Virus record (IMG/VR): IMGVR_UViG_3300046787_000438
Coordinates: 64,001-128,000 of that record
From: a virus
Reading direction: 5' to 3' (one strand)
DNA: 64,000 nt
Position 1 is the first letter of the stretch. Every line of letters starts with the position of its first letter. The notes below the pieces were generated by a model, which worked only from the letters and a program-made list of their open reading frames with translations, was not told the DNA's origin and searched no databases. The position numbers and the translations under genes are program-made. This document shows, in pieces, positions 59,855-64,000 of this stretch.

Positions 59855-60361
59855 ATGCCTAGAAGATCAGCGCGTGGCCAGAAGCTCCCTCCTCAGGAGG
59901 TTGAGCTACTCAATTCAATTACTATGGATGCCCTTATTGTTCGAGTAAATGACCTTTACCAAGCTGGATGGTCTCTACAAAGTATCGGCGAGGCACTCTC
60001 TCCCCAACGTCCAAGAACTACCATCCGCAGTTGGGTATTGAAGGCCCCTTCACAGACTCCAGCAAGCAAAGTAGTAGACGCCCCTATTCCATCCCCCGCT
60101 CTGAGAACAGAAGAGAGCGGTTATCAGAAGAAGCGTGTCTCTCCAGGCATCCCTCAGGACATTTACGAAGATATCCAGCGACTTGCCCCCCTTGCACGTA
60201 CTTTCCGCTCTAGGATGTCATCGACTTCGGCACCATCAGTTGCTAACGGGCGTCTAACTGATCTATGTAAGAATCTCAATACTAAGGGCGTTTCCGTTAA
60301 AGAGCTCGCTGAGGCAGCAGGAGTAACCTACCGAGCTATGTACAAGAGAATTAAGCTTTAA
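59855..60361 (+). CDS. Double-HTH DNA-binding protein (paralog of 62662..63258)
   Basis: GWSLQSIGEAL...; GVSVKELAEAAGVTYRAM. Confidence 0.7.
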   Translation: MPRRSARGQKLPPQEVELLNSITMDALIVRVNDLYQAGWSLQSIGEALSPQRPRTTIRSWVLKAPSQTPASKVVDAPIPSPALRTEESGYQKKRVSPGIPQDIYEDIQRLAPLARTFRSRMSSTSAPSVANGRLTDLCKNLNTKGVSVKELAEAAGVTYRAMYKRIKL

Positions 60362-60657
60362 GCTTTACCTGTCTAGCTTTATGGTATCTAGTCTGCCCCA
60401 TATATCCCAGTAATCCACTGGTTTTCTCGATTTGACAAGCGTAATTTGACCTACTAGGGTTTTTTCTATGCTATTCTGTTTAGACGGAGGGCACATTCTT
60501 TCACTAAAAGAAAGGGTGTGCTTTTTGGCATCTCTAGGACCCATGTGCTAGGGTGAACACCACAACTTAATATCAAATACTAAACCGAAAGATAACAACC
60601 CCCAAACAATAAACGACCGAGTACTAAAGTATTCACTTCTGAAAGGTAGGTCGCTAA

Positions 60658-61428
60658 ATGCATAAAAGGTTCATTTCAATAGGTGTAATCGCACTGATAA
60701 TGACTACGTCGAACGCAGCACTTGCAAATATGGACGGGAATCAAAACCCAGACAGCAATCAAGCTTTGGCACAGGTAACACGAGTAACACAAGTAACAAT
60801 CCCGCCAACAATTGTTGGAGGCGCACCAGTAAGAGTTCAAAACGCAGTTTCAGGTCCAGTTAAGACCGCGGAGCTGGCATCTGGACCAGTGGTAATGACC
60901 GAGACCCCCGAAGTGGGTTCGGTAGAGTGGCTAGCTCAAGAAAAAGCAGACAGAGATAAGATCCAATCGGACGCTGAGCGCAAGCAGGCGGAACTCGAAG
61001 CAGAGATCGCTCGTCTAGAAAAAATCGCTAAAGATACCAGGAACCTGAATAAGGCCGTTGCCGCTACTAAAAAGTATGTTGGTAGAACCTGGTACGCCCT
61101 TAGTGGCTCAACTCCAGATGCATGGGACTGCTCGGGTCTTGTTATGTGGATGTATGGACAAATTGGGTACTCACTGGAACACCGAGCTTCTTTACAAAAG
61201 AATGCAGGAGAACTGGTAGAAGATCCAAAAATCGGAGATATCGTAGCCTTTACATATAAGGGTTCGAACTCTGCATACCACGTTGGCGTATACGTGGGTC
61301 CAAACGAGATGATACACGCTGGTGGAAAACGAGGAGATAGGACAGAAATCGTGTCCGTAAGCCAGTGGGCAAAAGGCAACGGCAACACCGTTGTAACATA
61401 CACTCGCATCATTGAGACCAATAACTAA
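60658..61428 (+). CDS. Secreted NlpC/P60 peptidoglycan endopeptidase
   Basis: Signal peptide, coiled coil, DCSGLV, HVGVY, IHA. Confidence 0.9.
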   Translation: MHKRFISIGVIALIMTTSNAALANMDGNQNPDSNQALAQVTRVTQVTIPPTIVGGAPVRVQNAVSGPVKTAELASGPVVMTETPEVGSVEWLAQEKADRDKIQSDAERKQAELEAEIARLEKIAKDTRNLNKAVAATKKYVGRTWYALSGSTPDAWDCSGLVMWMYGQIGYSLEHRASLQKNAGELVEDPKIGDIVAFTYKGSNSAYHVGVYVGPNEMIHAGGKRGDRTEIVSVSQWAKGNGNTVVTYTRIIETNN

Positions 61429-61446
61429 AACAAGTTATAGTCGGAA

Positions 61447-61480
61447 AAGCCCCTCCAGAGACGGAGGGGTTTTTCTTTTT
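61447..61480 (+). terminator. Intrinsic terminator
   Basis: GCCCCTCC-loop-GGAGGGGT plus T tract. Confidence 0.75.
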
Positions 61481-62661
61481 TTATTTTGGATTTGACAAAA
61501 GAAAACATAACACGCTAATGTGTAGCTACAGCTAATTATTTAGCCCAACGAAAGAGATTAAAATGAAAGACATATACAGAAGCCTCGTTATCGCGGTTGT
61601 ATTTGGAAATGCCATCGCATTTCCGATCGTTGCATTCAACTTCCCTTGGAACACCTACCTAATTGACCCGACTCCGTACTACATCATTCAATCAGAGTCT
61701 CTAGGATTCCTAATTGCCGCCTGTGTGTTTACATACGAGTGGGTAAAGTACGCAGACCACCGAGTTGTTCGCCGTTTGGTTGATAAACTAAAAACTACAA
61801 AGAAGAAGGGATAATATCCCAGTTGTTCTTGTTGACAACTATGATATGCTGACATTATGAGCATCCTAAATATTCCCCCTGTAGTTGGCTGGTTACTCCT
61901 CACTGCGATCTTTATTGGACCGTCCGCGTATAGGCTTGTCAAAAGACTTTACCGCCACTGGCGTATTCGCCGTCACATGAAGACCATTCCTGGCCCCCTA
62001 CTGGGCGTCATCTTCCCAGAAATGAAGAAGAAATGAAATTCTATCTTTTCCTACGCTCAATCATTTGGACTTCAGTCCTTTCGGTTGTTACTGCTATTGC
62101 CGCTCTAATAACGGCGTTCATTAATTTACCCCTAGCTACTCCACTAGGCCTAGTTGCAATTACTTTTGCACTACTAGCTCCTCGGACTCAGTGACCCATG
62201 ACGCCTTTTCACTGGACAGCGCTTCTTATTATTCTTGGAGCAATATCCGCGTCTCTTATTTTTCTATCTCTGATACTTTTCTTCGGACCTCCAGATAGCT
62301 TTGATATCGAGCTAGAGACAGAGAAATTAGAGAAAGACCACACTAGAAAGACAGGTACAAATACATGGCAGTAAATGCCCACACGCTTTTAGTTAAAACT
62401 TACGATGACTTTAGAGATGCCCTACCAACCAGCGGCCTCTTCGAGATGACAGACTGTGAAGTGGAGATCTGGTGTCCAGAGCTCTCTGACGTAGCCGAGG
62501 TAGAGCGCATGGTAAGCCTGATAGAGTCCATGGTTCACGTCAAGGACATGAAGATTGGCTCTACCATTCAGGATCTACTTTCCGAAGACTACCGAGTTGT
62601 AATAACCGAAGTACCCAACGACATCAGAAAGAAATATGCCCGCTAGGGCTAAGAGGATTTT

Positions 62662-63258
62662 ATGAGCGACGAAAAGACCTACATCACAAAGAATCAACAG
62701 CTACCTGAATACATTCGCATTGAGTTCAGCGCCTCGAGTGGAAATAACCCACGCCGTGATCGACTAATCAAAGAGCTTGTTGACGCTAAGTGGACTTACG
62801 AAGCAATCTCCAATGCTTCAGGATTAACTCGCGAGCGCGTTCGCCAGATTTCAAATGCTATTGGTAAGCTCCCAGCGGACTTACTAGGTGCCCTGGATAT
62901 CGACATCCCGTCTCCTCCCCTAAAGCCAGAGAAAGTCGGACCGAAGTACGTAGAGCCGAGCCCAGAGATTTTGAAGCGCCTATTAGAGCTTCAGCCATAT
63001 GCCCAGCAGGTTCGTGCTAATGGCGCAAAGTATCGCAAGGAAGCTGAAGAATACACTGCCCTACTAAACCAGGCGCATACCGTTGACGGTGTAACCCTCT
63101 ATCGCTTGGCAAAGCGTCTCGGTGTAACTCACGGTGCCCTTCGTTTCCGTCTTGTACGCTACGGCTACAAGAAGCCAGTTACAGCAACATCAAAGGTTTA
63201 TGCTCCAATCGTTAGAGACAACCGAGCCCTAGAGGAGAATAATGCAAAGCTTGATTGA
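62662..63258 (+). CDS. Double-HTH DNA-binding protein (sigma-70 region 4-like first HTH)
   Basis: WTYEAISNASGLTRERVRQI; VTLYRLAKRLGVTHGAL. Confidence 0.75.
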   Translation: MSDEKTYITKNQQLPEYIRIEFSASSGNNPRRDRLIKELVDAKWTYEAISNASGLTRERVRQISNAIGKLPADLLGALDIDIPSPPLKPEKVGPKYVEPSPEILKRLLELQPYAQQVRANGAKYRKEAEEYTALLNQAHTVDGVTLYRLAKRLGVTHGALRFRLVRYGYKKPVTATSKVYAPIVRDNRALEENNAKLD

Positions 63259-63690
63259 GCAGTACGACGTAGAGCTACAGGAGCAGAACTTCACTGATCT
63301 TGTTGCACGTATCTACACACTGAAGGTGCAAAACAACTACTCGAACATCGAGATTCAGCCAACTGGTGGTTGGTACGTATCTCGAGAGGACCAACTAACC
63401 CAGAAGGCAGAGCGTATTGCTGATGCCATCATTGCAACAGGACTTTAAGGAATAAAAACATGGCCGATTTGGATGAACTATACGAGGTAGTACAGAAGCA
63501 GGAACGCTTCGCTTATCTAGTAGCTGCTCGTGTAGTAGACTATCAAAACAAGACCGCTCAGCCGCTGGCAATTCACACTGCTGCAGGGCAATTTCAAACA
63601 TTTGAAGAAGAACAGCTAATGTTTGCTGACCGTGTTGCACAGAGAGTGCACCAGGCGCTTACAAAGCTGGAGACTGAAGAGAAGGCATAA

Positions 63691-64000
63691 ATGCTAACAA
63701 TTGGCGACAAGGTAGAAGATTTTAAAGTTATTGGAGTTTTTCCAGAGGTTCTAGAAGATGGAACCTATTTCCAGGAAATCACCGATAAGTCATTCGAGGG
63801 TCAGTGGAAGGTTATTGTCTTCTACCCTAAGGACTTTACTTTTGTCTGTCCTACCGAGATCATCGAGTATGACAAGTTGAATACCGAGTTCCTATTGCGT
63901 AACACGATTCTTATGTCTGGTTCAACAGACAACGAGTTCTGCAAGCTTGCATGGAAAGAGTCACACCCAGATCTAGCAAAGCTAACTAGTATTATGTTTG
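63691..64000 (+). CDS. ahpC: Peroxiredoxin AhpC (3' truncated)
   Basis: Hand translation: MLTIGD...WKVIVFYPKDFTFVCPTEI...STDNEF. Confidence 0.92.
   Translation, partial: MLTIGDKVEDFKVIGVFPEVLEDGTYFQEITDKSFEGQWKVIVFYPKDFTFVCPTEIIEYDKLNTEFLLRNTILMSGSTDNEFCKLAWKESHPDLAKLTSIMF

Noticed and set aside
1-64000. Alternative genetic code or stop-codon readthrough
   Set aside because: Genes are full length in the standard code and no suppressor anticodon was found

Overview
The window reads as 64 kb of a large lytic dsDNA phage genome. The host is most likely an actinobacterium, inferred from a ClgR-like regulator, an MSMEG_6728-type glycosylase, DUF2510-like domains and a short-arm tRNA-Leu(UAA). 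No capsid, tail or polymerase genes are recognisable. 1-35 kb is an accessory and metabolic region: most of about nine 2OG-Fe(II) oxygenase-like genes and five of six paralogous SGNH-like genes, a carbamoyltransferase, dTDP-glucose dehydratase, GT8, dut, thyX, a macrodomain, an M23 lysin, and a tRNA cluster. That cluster includes a rare tRNA-Ile(UAU), an aberrant tRNA-like element and a pseudoknotted ncRNA candidate. 35.9-36.3 kb looks like an origin with DnaA boxes. The most striking structure is at 44.6-58.6 kb: 14 consecutive expression cassettes (terminator in most, an invariant 17-mer TGTATTTATTTTTTGTC, promoter, AAAGGGG-type RBS, 1-4 mostly short genes), closed by an inverted 17-mer and a C/A-rich tandem-repeat tract. 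This block is almost free of GATC and several other 4-bp palindromes, as expected for first-injected, restriction-evading early DNA. Several small RNA or hairpin elements (33.45, 39.3, 47.2, 49.2 and 52.3 kb) display single-stranded sequence complementary to RBS/start-codon leaders like those of the cassettes. This suggests an undescribed antisense anti-RBS system controlling the early module. All counts were made by eye and need computational confirmation.
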